A DNA stretch of 64,000 bases from Pristiophorus japonicus (GCF_044704955.1 NW_027251843.1:434001-498000), one strand, 5' to 3'; counted from the first letter of the stretch, positions 1 through 13,244 are shown. Program-made: numbers and translations. The notes: generated from the sequence alone by a model not told the origin.

Positions 1-2160
1 GAGAGAGCATCCAGACCAGGGGATGAGAGAGCGTCCAGAACATGGGACGAGAGAGCGTCCAGACCAGGGGACGAGAGAGCATCCAGAGCATGGGACGAGA
101 GAGTGTCCAGACCACGGGATGAGAGAGCGTCCAGAGCACGGGAGGAGAGATCGTCCAGACCATGGGAGGAGAGAACATCCAGACCACGGGACGAGAGAGT
201 GTCCAGATCATGGGACGAGAGAGCATCCAGAGCATGGGACGAGAGAGCATCCAGACCAGGGGAGGAGAGAGCATCCAAACCACAGGATGAGAGAGCGTCC
301 AGACCAGGGGACGAGAGAGCATCCAGACCAGGGGACGAGAGAGCGTCCAGAACATGGGATGAGAGAGTGTCCAGAACATGAGACGAGAGAGCAGCCAGAA
401 CATGGGACGAGAGAGCGTCCAGAGCACGGGACGAGAGAGCACCCAGACCAGGGGATGAGAGAGAGTCCAGACCAGGGGACGAGAGAGCATCCAGACCAGG
501 GGACAAGAGAGCGTCCAGACCAGGGGACGAGAGAGCGTCCAGATAAGGGGACGAGAGAGCGTCCAGATCATGGGACGAGAGAGCATCCAGACCATGGGAT
601 GAGAGAGTGTCTAGACAATGGGACGAGAGAGCATCCAGACCATGGGACGAGAGAGCGTCCAGATCATGGGACGATAGAGCGTCCAGATCATGGGATGAGA
701 GAGTGTCCAGACCACGGGATGAGAGAGCGTCCAGAGCACGGGAGGAGAGATCGTCCAGACCATGGGAGGAGAGAACATCCAGACCACGGGACGAGAGAGT
801 GTCCAGATCATGGGACGAGAGAGCATCCAGAGCATGGGACGAGAGAGCATCCAGACCAGGGGAGGAGAGAGCATCCAAACCACAGGATGAGAGAGCGTCC
901 AGACCAGGGGACGAGAGAGCATCCAGACCAGGGGACGAGAGAGCGTCCAGAACATGGGATGAGAGAGTGTCCAGAACATGAGACGAGAGAGCAGCCAGAA
1001 CATGGGATGAGAGAGCGTCCAGAGCACGGGACGAGAGAGCACCCAGACCAGGGGATGAGAGAGAGTCCAGACCAGGGGACGAGAGAGCATCCAGACCAGG
1101 GGACAAGAGAGCGTCCAGACCAGGGGACGAGAGAGAGTCCAGATAAGGGGACGAGAGAGCGTCCAGATCATGGGACGAGAGAGCATCCAGACCAGGGGAT
1201 GAGAGCGCGTCCAGATCATGGGACGAGAGAGCGTCCAGACCAGGGGACGAGAGAGCGTCCAGAGCATGGGATGAGAGAGCATCCAGAGCATGGGACGAGA
1301 GAGTGTCCAGACCACGGGAGGAGAGAGCGTCCAGAGCATGGGAGGAGAGATCGTCCAGACCAGGGGAGGAGAGAGCATCCAGACCACGGGACGAGAGAGT
1401 GTCCAGATCATGGGACGAGAGAGCATCCAGATCATGGGACGAGAGAGCATCCAGAACATGGGATGAGAGAGCGTCCAGACCACGGGACGACAGCGGGTCC
1501 AGACCACGGGACGAGAGAGCATCCAGAGCATGGGATGAGAGAGCGTGCAGACCACGGGACGACAGCGGGTCCAGACCACAGGGCGAGAGAGCGACCAGAC
1601 CATGAGACGAGAGAGTGTCCAGACCAGGGGACGAGAGAGCGTCCAGAGCACGGGACGAGAGATCGTCCAGAGCATGGGAAGAGAGAGCTTCCAGACCATG
1701 GGACAAGAGAATGTCCAGACCAGGGAGGAGTGAGTGTCCAGACCACGGGACGAGAGAGCGTCCAGAGCATGGGATGAGAGAGCGTCCAGACCACGAGACG
1801 AGAGAGCGTCCAGAGCATGGGACGAGAGAGCGTCCAGACCACGGGACGAGAGATCGTCCAGAGCATGGGACGAGAGAGCGTCCAGACCAGGGGAGGAGAG
1901 AGTGTCCAGACCACGGGACGAGAGCGCGTCCAGACCAGGGGAGGAGAGAGCGTCCAGACCAGGGGAGGAGAGAGGTTCCAGATCATGGGACGAGAGAGTG
2001 TCCAGACCATGGGACGAGAGAGTGTCCAAAGCACGGGACGAGAGAGCGTCTAGACCATGGGACGAGAGAGTGTCCAGAGCATGGGACGAGAGAGCGTCCA
2101 GAGCACGGGACGAGAGCGTCCAGAACATGGGACGAGAGAGCGTCCAGAGCACGGAATGAG
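1..2160 (+). repeat. 24-bp purine-rich minisatellite (~90 units, consensus GGGACGAGAGAGCGTCCAGACCAT), open at the window start
   Basis: Direct 24-bp periodicity; explains the GTRERPDH-type ORFs; 600-bp higher-order duplication 97-594 / 697-1194. Confidence 0.97.
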
Positions 2161-3844
2161 GGAGCTTCCAGACCACAGAAGGTCGCCGCAACAGAACGGA
2201 GGAATGTGTCGCCCAACAAGGAAGATGACGGGGTTTGGGGCAAAGGTAAAGAGGCAAACCCGATGAAGGCCAGGAATCAACTCCGCTCAAATAAATTGTG
2301 TGCACCATGTAACCCGTGTGAGCGGTCTTTCGTGGCCAATGATGTACCATTGTATGGGGTTGGAGGTATGTTATAAAAAGCCAAAGTAGCTGGCGAACAC
2401 CAACCGGTCGTATGTGTATCTAACAAAGTATTCGTAGCAAGTGAGATGTTACTGCACAGGGCCTGGTGTGTTCTGCAGCAGGCCAAAGTAGCGGGCGAGC
2501 CCCAAATGATTAAACATGTGTTAAATAAGTTAAACAAAGCAGCAGCCTGTGTTCACTGGGCTAAAGAAACGTACCAAAGATTGTCCTAACATGTGCTCGA
2601 GTCAGACAAACTGCTCATCCCATGAGCTTGGGAGAGCAGAGTCACCATTATCGGTGCATTGTTTCGATAATGTCCAACACTGTCTCTGCACTGTAACATG
2701 ATCCACCACGGGCCAGGCACTGAGAGTGGCGCCCATGTTCTCAGTTGGCCACCGTTGCCCACCCCCGGGGTGGAAACGGCGTAGCTTGCAGACCCACTCG
2801 CCGTCGTGGAAGTGCTAGAAAGCGAGGGGTCAACCGTAATGGCTCCCCAGCTTAGGACCTGGACCAGCCAGGATCCCACGTTACCACCTGTCAAAGGTGA
2901 ACTGCTCGATGGGATGTGGCAATCTATCTGCCAAAAAGACGTTAGACCCATCCCAACGTTGCAAAGCAAGGCAGGGCAGCTACACATAGTCGGTGGTCCG
3001 CGGCCCCCATACTATGGCCCAAAGTCCACGGGGACTACGAGGCCTCCCACCACTACCGAAAGTCTCAAGGTCATTGCGGCCATCCTGGGCCTCAGAGTCA
3101 GCACCCAAATGACTAAACCTAGCACCACGTGTGCCATGGCAGACTCCCTACAGACCGGCTATCCTGGGTGTTACGCAATCACCAGACCGAATCACTCAGA
3201 ACCGAGCCTTCCACTTGCCATCAGCAGAGAACGCAGCACAATTGCACGGCCCCTCCACGCGACATCAGAATAAGTGTTGTAGACCATGTTCAGGGCCCCA
3301 GTTGGGCCGCTAGCAGTGCATTAGCCAAGGGGGGGAATGGAGTGTATGTGATGAAAACAGAGCATTTGATTGTGAAACCAAGTACCGTGCTAACGAGTAA
3401 AGCATTTGGACAAGACCAAACTGCAAACTACAGATAACCAGGAACCACTGTGAAAGGACCTGGTCCCCAGTGACCCACTCACACGATCAACTTCGTTGTC
3501 AATCACGAGGATGAACCCACCACATCAGAACTTTAACCCAGGCGATCGACCTGGGGACACGAGGCACCAGATCACCTCAACTTGCAAATAACTTACACAT
3601 AAGACATTGGGGGGGGGGGGAGAGCGTTGTTATTAATGTATGTAAACCTTACCAAAATGTAAGACTTGCCACCAGGGGGCACACCTGTGGGAGACCTAAG
3701 GGTCATCTGTGCACCCTGGGGCATGCAGGTATAAAAGGTGATTCACCATGCTGCTTCCTCACTCTGGAGTCTGAAATAAAGAGACTAAAGTCACAACAGT
3801 TTGAGCTTGCGATATAGTCCTGTGGATTTATTCTGAACATAACA
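2160..3844 (+). mobile_element. Degenerate Ty3/Gypsy LTR retrotransposon, 3' part (integrase remnant, PPT, 3' LTR 3628-3844)
   Basis: Decayed integrase-like peptides (SLQT-RLSWVL, QGPSW...AKGGNGVYV); G-rich PPT 3609-3624 next to a TGTTAT...ATAACA LTR containing TATAAAA (~3730) and AATAAA (~3775). Confidence 0.8.
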
Positions 3845-3954
3845 ATTAATGCTCAAGTTACTGAAATAGAATTTACAGCACAGAAAATGGCCTCTCCGCA
3901 AAATTGTTTTTTCTCGGTGTTTATGCTCTACACAAGATGCTTCCCATCCCATTC

Positions 3955-4395
3955 AAAGAAAGACTTGGATTTATATAGCGCCTTTCACGACCTCCAGACG
4001 TCTCAATGTTTTACAGCCAATTAAGTAGTTTTGGAGTTTAATCATTGTTGTAACTTGGGAAACGCAGCAGCCAATTTGCGCACAGCAAGCTCCAAGTTAA
4101 TGACCAGATAAACAGTTTTTGTGATGTTGATTGAGGGATAAATAATGGTCAGGACACCAGTGATACCTCCCCTGGTCTTCAAAATTGTGTCTTGTGATTT
4201 TTACATCCACCTGAGAGAACAGACCAGGCTTCAATTTAACATCTCAACCCAAAGATCGCACCTCCGACAGTGCAGCAGTCCCTCAGCATTGTACTGGAGT
4301 GTCACCCTCAATTTATGTGCTCGAGTCCCAGGAGTGGGATTTGAACCCACAACCTATTGAATCAGAGGCAAGTTTGCTACCCAATGAGCCACAGC
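3955..4395 (-). mobile_element. tRNA-derived SINE with Deu-like core (shark DeuSINE type)
   Basis: Minus strand has a tRNA-like head with box B GGTTCAAATCC; homologous to copies at 37198 and 43100. Confidence 0.8.
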
Positions 4396-4419
4396 TTATG
4401 CTATCCAACCCTATTGTAT

Positions 4420-5490
4420 TATCCTTCTATCCCGGTCTCTCTCATGTACTTAACTATCTTTTCCTTAAATGTGCACCTCCAATATTCCATGCTGTAGCAA
4501 GTTCCCCATTCTAACCACTCTCTGACCAAAGATGTCTCGCTCACCACAATTTCATGTTGGATTAATTGACGAACTTCAGAATTGGACTCCCTCACAAGTG
4601 AAATTTTCTTCTCTACGTCTAAACTGTCAAACTCCATCATCATTTCAAAGATGTCTATTGGATCAAGCCCTCAGCCGGCATTTATCGAGAGAAAAGGGCC
4701 CCAGTCCTTCACACTTTCCTGATCGTTATAATCTCTCATTTCTGGTTTTGTCCTTGTGAAATATTTGGACTTCTCTGTTCTTTTCAATTCTATTGCCCTA
4801 GAAATGAATCGCAGTGTTCCATTTACATGTTATGGTCTTGTGAAGCTGTGTTGCTGCTTTCAATGATTTGTGAGTCTGTAAACCTGAAACCCTTTGCCCC
4901 TCTGATCCATTTAGACTCTTATTTTCCAAGGAGTATTTGCGATCTTTATTCTTCCTCCCAAAATACAGCAACTTACATTTTGCTACATTGAAATTAATTT
5001 GACATTGAACACCCATTCTGCAAGTTTATCAATGTCTTCAGAACATTGTTCTATTCTGCCTCTGTATTCATTGTATTTCCAATTTGGATGCGGCTGACAA
5101 TGTTGAATATGTGCTTGTGCTTCCCGAGTCCCTATGGGTTATGTAAATGGTCAACGTCTGTGATCTCAGCGCCGATCCTTGAGCATACCACTGCTCACCA
5201 TCCGCCAGTCGGAGTAAATCCCTCGACCCCCTACTACCAGTTATTGGCTTTTGTAGCCACCTTGCTGTCCATTCTGCTGCTTGTCCCCTAACACCACGTG
5301 CTGGGAGATTATTCCTGACTCTACTCTATCATACCATATCGAAGGCCTTTAGAGAATCAAAGTATATTACATTTACTGCATCACTCTTATCTACTCTTGC
5401 TGAAACTTATTCAAAGAATTCATCAGGTTTGGTCAAGCATGACCTTCCCTTTTGGAACACGTGTTGATGAATCTTTAATATATTTTGTGT
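4420..5490 (-). mobile_element. Old degenerate CR1-like LINE fragment
   Basis: Minus-strand peptide QINFNVAKCKLLYFGRKN typical of the CR1 RT C-terminal region. Confidence 0.7.
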
Positions 5491-5495
5491 TTCTA

Positions 5496-7785
5496 GGGGG
5501 GGACGAAATTCGGTCCCGCACTTTTGGGGACGGTACCAGCCGCGAGGTGGGAATTCCTACGCCAGGCGTGGCAGTCCCGCCCCGCAAGCTATATTGGGCT
5601 TACCGCCACCAAGTGGACTTATTGAAGGCCGCGACTGATAAATGGGTCATTGTTTGGGCTGCCACAGCTCCCCTTTAATTCCCATCCCTGGGTTGCGTCC
5701 TACAGACAGGTATGTGCCCTGCCCCGTGGAGCATCCTACAGACAGGTATGTGCCCCGCCCCGCGGAGCGTCCTGCAGCCAGGTATGTGCCCCGCCCCGCG
5801 AGTGTCCTACAGCCAGGTATGTGCCCCGCCCCGCGGAGCATCCTACAGCCAGGTATGTGCCCCGCCCCGTGGAGCGTCCTACAGCCAGGTATGTGCCCCG
5901 CCCCGCGGAGCGTCCTACAGACAGGTATGTGTCCAGCCCCGCGAGTGTCCTACAGACAGGTATGTGCCCCGCCCCGCGGAGCGTTCTACAGCCAGGTATG
6001 TGCCCCGCCCCGCAGAGCATCCTACAGCCAGGTATGTGCCCCACCCCGCGATTGCCCCACAGCCAGGTATGTGCCCCGCCCCGCGAGTGTCCTACAGACA
6101 GGTATGTGTCCCGCCCCGTGAGTGTCCTACAGCCAGGTATGTGCCCCGCCCCGCGAGTGTCCTACAGCCAGGTGTGTGCCCAGCCTCACGAGTGTCCGAC
6201 AGCCAGGTATGTGCCCCGCCCCGTGAGTGTCCTACAGACAGGTATGTGTCCCGCCCCGTGAGTGTCCTACAGCCAGGTATGTGCCCCGCCCCGCGAGTGT
6301 CCTACAGCCAGGTGTGTGCCCAGCCTCACGAGTGTCCGACAGCCAGGTATGTGCCCCGCCCCGTGAGTGTCCTACAGCCAGGTGTGTGCCCCGCCCCGCG
6401 AGTGTCCTACAGCCAGGTATGTGCCCCGCCCGTGTCCTACAGCCAGGTATGTGCCCCGCCCGTGTCCTACAGACAGGTATGTGCCCCGCCCCGCCCCGCG
6501 AGTGTCCTACAGACAGGTATGTGCCCCGCCCCGCGAGTGTCCTACAGCCAGGTATGTGCCCCGCCCCGCGAGTATCCTACAGCCAGGTGTGTGCCCCGCC
6601 CCGCGAGTGTCCTACAGCCAGGTGTGTGCCCCGCCCCGCGAGTGTCCTACAGCCAGGTGTGTGCCCCGCCCCGCGAGTGTCCTACAGCCAGGTGTGTGCC
6701 CCGCCCCGCGAGTGTCCTACAGCCAGGTGTGTGCCCTGCCCCGCGAGTGTCCTACAGCCAGGTGTGTGCCCCGCCCCGCGAGTGTCCTACAGCCAGGTAT
6801 GTGCCCCGCCCCGCGAGTGTCCTACAGCCAGGTGTGTGCCCTGCCCCGCGAGTGTCCTACAGCCAGGTGTGTGCCCCGCCCCGCGAGTGTCCTACAGCCA
6901 GGTATGTGCCCCGCCCCGCGAGTGTCCTACAGCCAGGTGTGTGCCCTGCCCCGCGAGTGTCCTACAGCCAGGTGTGTGCCCTGCCCCGCAAGTGTCCTAC
7001 AGACAGGTATGTGCCCCGCCCCGCGAGTGCCCCACAGCCAGGTATGTGCCCTGCCCCGCGAGTGTCCTACAGCCAGGTGTGTGCCCAGCCCCATGAGTGT
7101 CCTACAGACAGGTATGTGCCCCGCCCCGTGAGTGTCCCGCCCCGCGAGTGTCCTACAGACAGGTATGTGCCCCGCCCCGCGAGTGTCCTACAGCCAGGTG
7201 TGTGCCCAGCCCCACGAGTGTCCTACAGACAGGTATGTGCCCCGCCCCGCGAGTGTCCTACAGCCAGATGTGTGCCCCGCCCCGCGAGTGTCCCACAGCC
7301 AGGTGTGTGCCCCGCCCCGCGAGTGTCCTACAGCCAGGTATGTGCCCCGCCCCGCGATTGCCCCACAGCCAGGTATGTGCCCCGCCCCGCGATTGCCCCA
7401 CAGCCAGATATGTGCCCCGCCCCGCGATTGCCCCACAGCCAGGTATGTTACCCGCCCCGCGGTTGCCCCAAAGCCAGGTATGTGCCCCACCCCGCGATTG
7501 CCCCACAGCCAGGTATGTGCCCCGAGCCGCTGTTGCTGCCATTGCCCATGGCAGCTTTACCAGGTGCCACCCAATCTTCGCTCTGGGGTGTGGCGTGTCT
7601 GCGCACGTGATGAGATGTGCATGGGCATGGGACAGAACCAGTCGGAGTGTGGCGTGATCAGTTTGCACCGCCACGAAACTCCGGGGAATCTCCTGGGAGT
7701 GGGAAGCGGCGCCGTGCCTGGGACAAAAGCTGTTTACGTCCCGTTGCGCTCACGGGAAGCATAAATGTCCCGAATCTGTCTCCCT
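5496..7785. mobile_element. Harbinger-like non-autonomous element (MITE) carrying a minisatellite
   Basis: Imperfect TIRs GGGGACGAAATTCGG (left) vs reverse complement GGGAGACAGATTCGG (right); GC-rich subterminal sequence. Confidence 0.55.
5695..7525. repeat. 35/36-bp CpG-rich minisatellite (~52 units, GAGTGTCCTACAGCCAGGTATGTGCCCCGCCCCGC)
   Basis: Direct periodicity (e.g. CCTAC at 6541 and 6576). Confidence 0.97.
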
Positions 7786-7972
7786 GAGGGGTCCACTCAC
7801 TTTCACACCTCCAACGGCAGGCTAATTGGTCTAGAGTCCCTTGCACTTGTTCTATCTTCTGTTTTCAATACGGGAATAACTTTAGCAGTCCACAAGTCCT
7901 CTGGCACTTTCCAATGTTTGTCTATGAATTTATAATAGTAACTCTGCTAACTTTTCTCTATAATTGTGAGAG

Positions 7973-9590
7973 TCATCGTAGGCAGTCCCTCAGAATTGAG
8001 GAAGACTTGCTTCGACTCTTAAAATGAGTCCTTAGGTGGCTGAACAGTGCAATACGAGAACCACAAACTCTGTCACAGGTGGGGCAGACAGTCGATGAGG
8101 GAAAGGGGTGGGTGGAACAGGTTCGCCGCACGCTCTTTCCGCTGCCTGCGCTTGGTTTCTGCATGCTCTCGGCGATGAGTCTCGAGATGCTCAGCGTCCT
8201 CCCAGATGCACTTCCTCCACTTCGGGCGGGCTTTGGCCAGGGACTCCCAGTTATCAGTGGTGATGTTGCACTTTTTCATGGAGGTTTTGAGGGTTTCCCT
8301 GTAACGTTTCCTCTGCCCACCTTTGGCTCATTTGCCGTGAAGGAGTTCCGAGTAGAGTCCTTGCTTTGGGATTCTCGTGTCTGGCATGCAAACGATGTGG
8401 CCTGCCCAGCAGAGCTGATCAAGTGTAGTCAGTGCTTCAATGCTGGGGATTTTGGCCTGGTCGAGGACACACATATTGGTGCGTCTGTCCTCCCAGGGGA
8501 TTTGTAGGATCTTGCGGAGGCAAAGTTGGTGGTATTTCTCCAGCGACTTGAGGTGTCTACTGTACATGGTCCATGTCTCTGAGCCATACAGGAGGGCGGG
8601 TATTACTACAGCCCTGTGGATTTTGAGCTTGGTGGCAGTTTTGAGGGCCTAGTCTTCAAACACTCTTTTCCACAGGTGGCCGAAGGCTGCACTGGCGCAC
8701 TGGAGGCAGTGTTGAATCTCGTCGTCAATGTCTGCTCTTGTTGATAAGAGGCTCCCGAGGTATGGGAAATGGTCCACATTGTTCAGTACCGCACCGTGGA
8801 TCTTGATGATTGGGGGTCAGTGATATGCGGCGAGGACAGGCTGGTGGAGGACCTTTGTCTTACGGATGTTTAGCGTAAGGCCCATGCTTTCGTATGCCTC
8901 AGTAAATACGTCGACTATGTCCTGGAGTTCAGCCTCTCTGTGTACACAGATGCAGGCATCGTCCACATACTGTAGCTCGACGACAGAAGGTGGGGTGGTC
9001 TTGGACCCAGCCTGGAGATGGCAAAGGTTGAACAGATTCCCACTGGTTCTGTAGTTTAGTTCCACTCCAGCAGGGAGCTTGTTGACTGTGAGGTGGAGCA
9101 TGGCAAGCGAGGAAGTTTGAGAAGAGGGTTGGGGCGATGATGCAGCCCTGTTTCATCCCGCTCCGGATGTGGATTGGGTCTGTGATGGATCCATTAGTAA
9201 GGATCACGACCTGCATGTCGTCATGTAGCAGGCGGAGGATGGTGATGAACTTTTGGGGGCATCCGAAAAGGAGGAGAACGCTCCATAAACCCTCGAGGTC
9301 GACAGCGTCAAAGGCCTTTGTAAGGTCGAAGAAGGTCATGTGTAAGGGCTGGCGCTGTTCCTTGCATTTTTCCTGCAACTGTCGCGCTGCAAAAATCATA
9401 TCCGTTGTGCCCCTTAGGGGAAGAAATCCCCCCTGCGACTCCGGGAGGAGCTCCTCAGCCATAGGGAGAAGATGGTTGAGGAGGACTCTCGCGACGACTT
9501 TCCCAGTTGCTGATAACGGAAATTCCTCTCTAGTTGCCGCAGTCGGACTTGTTCCCTTTTTTAAAGATGGTCACGATCACTGCATCTCTG
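7973..9590 (-). mobile_element. RTE-clade LINE, 5'-truncated and frameshifted RT
   Basis: LLPESQGGF, FFDLTKAFD, GMKQGCIIAPTLF, ELQYVDDA, LRKILQIPWEDRRTN peptides on the minus strand. Confidence 0.92.
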
Positions 9591-10159
9591 AGATAGTACG
9601 TGTGAATGTGATTCATCTGAACCAGGAGTTTTATCCTCTCCTTATTCCAGTATCAATTATCTCTCCCCCTTCTAACTTAAATATCTTGTATTTGTTTCAT
9701 GAATGAATGCGATGATTATTTGAGAGTTTAGTTGGGACCCTTGCAGATCTCTCTCCTTTCTTCAGGCTCTGAATACTCATGCAGTGGTTCATTCTGCCCC
9801 TCCTGTCCACAACACGTGTGACTTCCTTCTACCTGAGGTCGGAGCTGTGCTCCACATGTCCATTTACACTTCTGCCCATGTCTGTCCGGGGGCCCCGCTG
9901 GTGTAAAGTCCAATAAACCCGAGCTCCCCTCAAACTCACAGCGGACACACAGTTTCCCTCCACCATCCCCCGCAGGTACATTCCCAGGCCCTGTTTGGAA
10001 TTTCATTCACTGGCCATTCCCACTGGGAATCCTCGGGCCCTCGTCGGCTCTGGGCTGGGAATGAAAAGCCTCAGGTTTCAGATCCTGAGCCCAGTGCAGT
10101 GCCCCTGCTGCAAAATACAGATGCTTGGACCTGGGGTCTGAACAGTGGTCTATCCCCAC

Positions 10160-10345
10160 ACTCCAATGGTGCCGCTGTGGGAGCCCGGATGGGTCCTAAC
10201 TATGCTGCCTTTTCCTGCGATACGGGGAATATTCGATGTTCCAATGCTACTTGGGTCGCCTCCTTCACGTATTGTTCAGCAACATTGTGGACTGTAGTGG
10301 CACCACTTCCTTCTTTCACCATCAACTGCAAAATATAATCAAAAT
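10160..10345 (+). mobile_element. Penelope-like element RT remnant (5' piece, interrupted by CR1)
   Basis: GAAVGARMGPNYA resembles the Penelope RT motif GVAMGTRMGPSYA. Confidence 0.6.
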
Positions 10346-10385
10346 ATAACTAACAATCTTGTTTTGCGAGGCCCCTTGGGGAAGA

Positions 10386-12440
10386 GTGATCATAATAAGG
10401 TAGAATTCTTTATTAAGATAGAGAGTGACACAGTTAATTCAGAGACTAAGGTCATGAACTTAAGGAAAGGTGACTTTGATGGTATGAGACGTAAATTGGC
10501 TAGAATAGACTGGCGAATGAAGGATTGATGGTGGATAGGCAATGGCAAACATTTAAAGATCACATGGATGAACTTCAACAATTATACATTCCATAGATAT
10601 GTGAAGAGAAAAAGATTAGTGAAGACAAACATAGGTCCCTTGCAGTCAGAATCAGGTGAATTTATAATGGGGAACAAAGAAATGGCAGACCAGTTGAACA
10701 AATACTTTGGTTCTGTCTTCACGAAGGAAGACACAAATAACCTTTCAGAAATACTAGGGGACAGAGGGTGTAGTGAGAAGGAGGAACTGAAGGAAATCCT
10801 TATTAGGCGGGAAATTGTGTTCGGGAAATTGATGGAATTGAAGGCCAATAAATTCCCAGGGCCTGATAGTCTGCATCCTAGAGCAGTTAAGGAAGTGGCC
10901 CTAGAAATGGTGGAAGCATTGGTGATCATTTTCCAACAGTCTATCGACTCTGGATCAGTTCCTATGGACTGGAGGATGGCTAATGTAAACCTACTTTTTA
11001 AAAAAGGAGGAAGAGAGAAAATGGCTAATTATAGACCGGTTAGCCTGACATCAGTAGTGGGGAAAATGTTGGAATCAATTTTTAAAGATGAAATAGCAGC
11101 GCATTTGGAAAGCAGTGACAGGATCGGTCCAAGTCAGCATGGATTTATGAAAGGGAAATCATGCTTGACAAATCTTCGAGAATTTTTTGAGGATGTAAGT
11201 AGTAGGGTGGACGAGGGAGAACCAGTGGATGTGGTGTATTTGGACTTTCAAAAGGCCTTTGACAAAGTCCCACACAAGAGATTGGTGTGCAAAATTAAAG
11301 CACATGGTATTGGGGGTAATGTACTGACGTGGATGGAGAACTGTTGGCAGACAGGAAGCAGAGAGTCGGGATAAACGGGTCCTTTTCAGAATGGCAGGCA
11401 GGCAGTGACTAGTGGGGTGCCGCAGGGCTCAGTGCTGGGACCCCAGCTATTTACAATATACATCAATGATTTAGATGAAGTAATTGAGTGTAATATCTCC
11501 AAGTTTGCAGATGACATTAAGCTGGCTGGTGGTGTGAGCAGTGAGGAGGATGCTAAGAGTCTGCAGGGTGACTTGGACAGGTTGGGTGAGTGGGCAAATG
11601 CATGGCAGATGAAGTATAATGTGAATAAATGTGAGGATATCCACTTTGGTGGCAAAAACACGAAGGCAGAATATTATCGGAATGGCGGCAGATTAGGAAA
11701 AGGGGAGGTACAACGAGACCTGGTTGTCATGGTACATCAACCATTGAAAGTTGGCATGCAGGTACAGCAGGCGGTGAAGAAGGCAAATGGTATGTTGGCC
11801 TTCATAGCTAGGGGATTTGAGTATAGGAGCAGGGAGGTCTTACTGCAGTTGTACAGGGCCTTGGTGAGGCCTCACCTGAAATATTGTGTTCCGTTTTGGT
11901 CTCCTAAGCTGAGGAAGGACGTTCTTGCTATTGAGGGAGTGCAGCGAAGGTTCATCAGACTGATTCCCGGGATGGCAGGACTGACATATGAGGAGAGACT
12001 GGATCGACTGGGCCTGTATTCACTGGAATTTAGAAGGATGAGAGGGGATCTCATAGAAACATATAAAATTCTGACGGGACTGAACAGGTTAGATGCAGAA
12101 AGAATGTTCCCGATGTTGGGGAAGTCCAGAACTAGGGGACAGAGTCTAAGGATAAGGAGTAAGCCATTTAGGACTGAGATGAGGAGAAACTTATTCACTC
12201 AGAGAATTGTTAACCTGTGGAATTCACTGCCACAGAGAGTTGTGGAAGCCAGTTTGTTGGATATATTCAAGAGGGAGTTAGATATGGCCCTTACGGCTAA
12301 AGGGATCAAAGGGTATGGAAAGAAAGCAGGAAAGGGGTACTGAGGTGAATGAGCAGCCATGATCTTATTGGATGTTGGTGCAGGCTCGAAGGGCCGAATG
12401 GCCTAATCCTGCACCTATTTTCTATGTTTCTATGTTTCTA
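10386..12440 (+). mobile_element. CR1 LINE, young 5'-truncated ORF2 with (TTTCTATG)n tail
   Basis: NYRPVSLTS, YLDFQKAFDKVPH, SGVPQGSVLGP, SKFADD; ORFs 10568-11374 and 11405-12343; CR1 3' UTR and microsatellite tail. Confidence 0.97.
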
Positions 12441-12907
12441 TCCCTGACTCTCTTGACCAGAACCAATAGGATCCAATTGCCCTCACCTTTGACTCAACCA
12501 GACTCCACATTCAACAGATCATCCTCCGTCATTTCCAGCGTGATCCAACCACCAAACACATCCCCTTTCAGGAGCAAAGTGACCTGTCCCTCCATGACAA
12601 GCTGGATCACTCATCTATCACCCCAGCAACCCCCTGCCCTTCCCCACCCCTTCCGATACATAACGCATGAGATGCAACACCTGCCCTTTCACCTCCTTCC
12701 TTCTCATCGTCCAAGGCCCCAAAAATTCCTTCCACGTGAAACAGTCATTTACTTTACCTGTTCCGATTCAGTATAATGTACTTGATGTTCAGGATGCAAT
12801 CTACAGTACATTGGAGTAAACAGATTGTGCGATTACTTTGCTGAACGTATCCATTTAATCTGCAAGCGTTTTCTCTGAGTTTCCGGTTGCTTACCCCTTC
12901 AATTCTC
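12441..12907 (+). mobile_element. Penelope-like element GIY-YIG endonuclease remnant (3' piece)
   Basis: TACATTGGA (YIG)...TTTGCTGAAC (FAE)...CCGGTTGCT...TTCAATTCTCC (PVA..FNSP) matches the Penelope GIY-YIG C-terminus. Confidence 0.6.
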
Positions 12908-13173
12908 CAGGCTGTAATTTGACATTTTATTCAATGTGTTGTACCCCTCAGTGTGTATTGGTCTGTATGTGTTATTAAAGGTGTGCCTTTTACTTCTTTT
13001 TAAACACAATAAAGCCATACCTGCTTCCGACGTTGAAACCAATTGTCTGTCCAAGTCTGTCACAGTCCCTTCATAATTCCAGTGTCTAGAACCAAGGGTG
13101 TGGGAGCGATTCGGAACCGTTCATATAAGGTCAGAAGGGAAAGCTGACCCCCTGCAAACCACCCCTTACATAA

Positions 13174-13191
13174 TGGCGACCCAGATGGGAC
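13174..13191 (+). other. Primer-binding site complementary to tRNA-Arg(CCG)
   Basis: TGGCGACCCAGATGGGAC, 3 nt after the LTR end, is the reverse complement of GTCCCATCTGGGTCG-CCA, the 3' end of vertebrate tRNA-Arg(CCG) as I recall it. Confidence 0.85.
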
Positions 13192-13244
13192 ACTGGTACA
13201 AGGGACGTGATAAGAGAGAGACTGGATTCAGGAAAAGAAGCAAA

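Noticed and set aside
23-2376. Long ORFs of 584, 579 and 253 aa
   Set aside because: Translations of the stop-free 24-bp minisatellite on both strands; no gene structure
5642-7764. Cys/Pro-rich ORFs up to 632 aa (keratin-associated-like look)
   Set aside because: All frames are open because the 35-bp unit lacks stops
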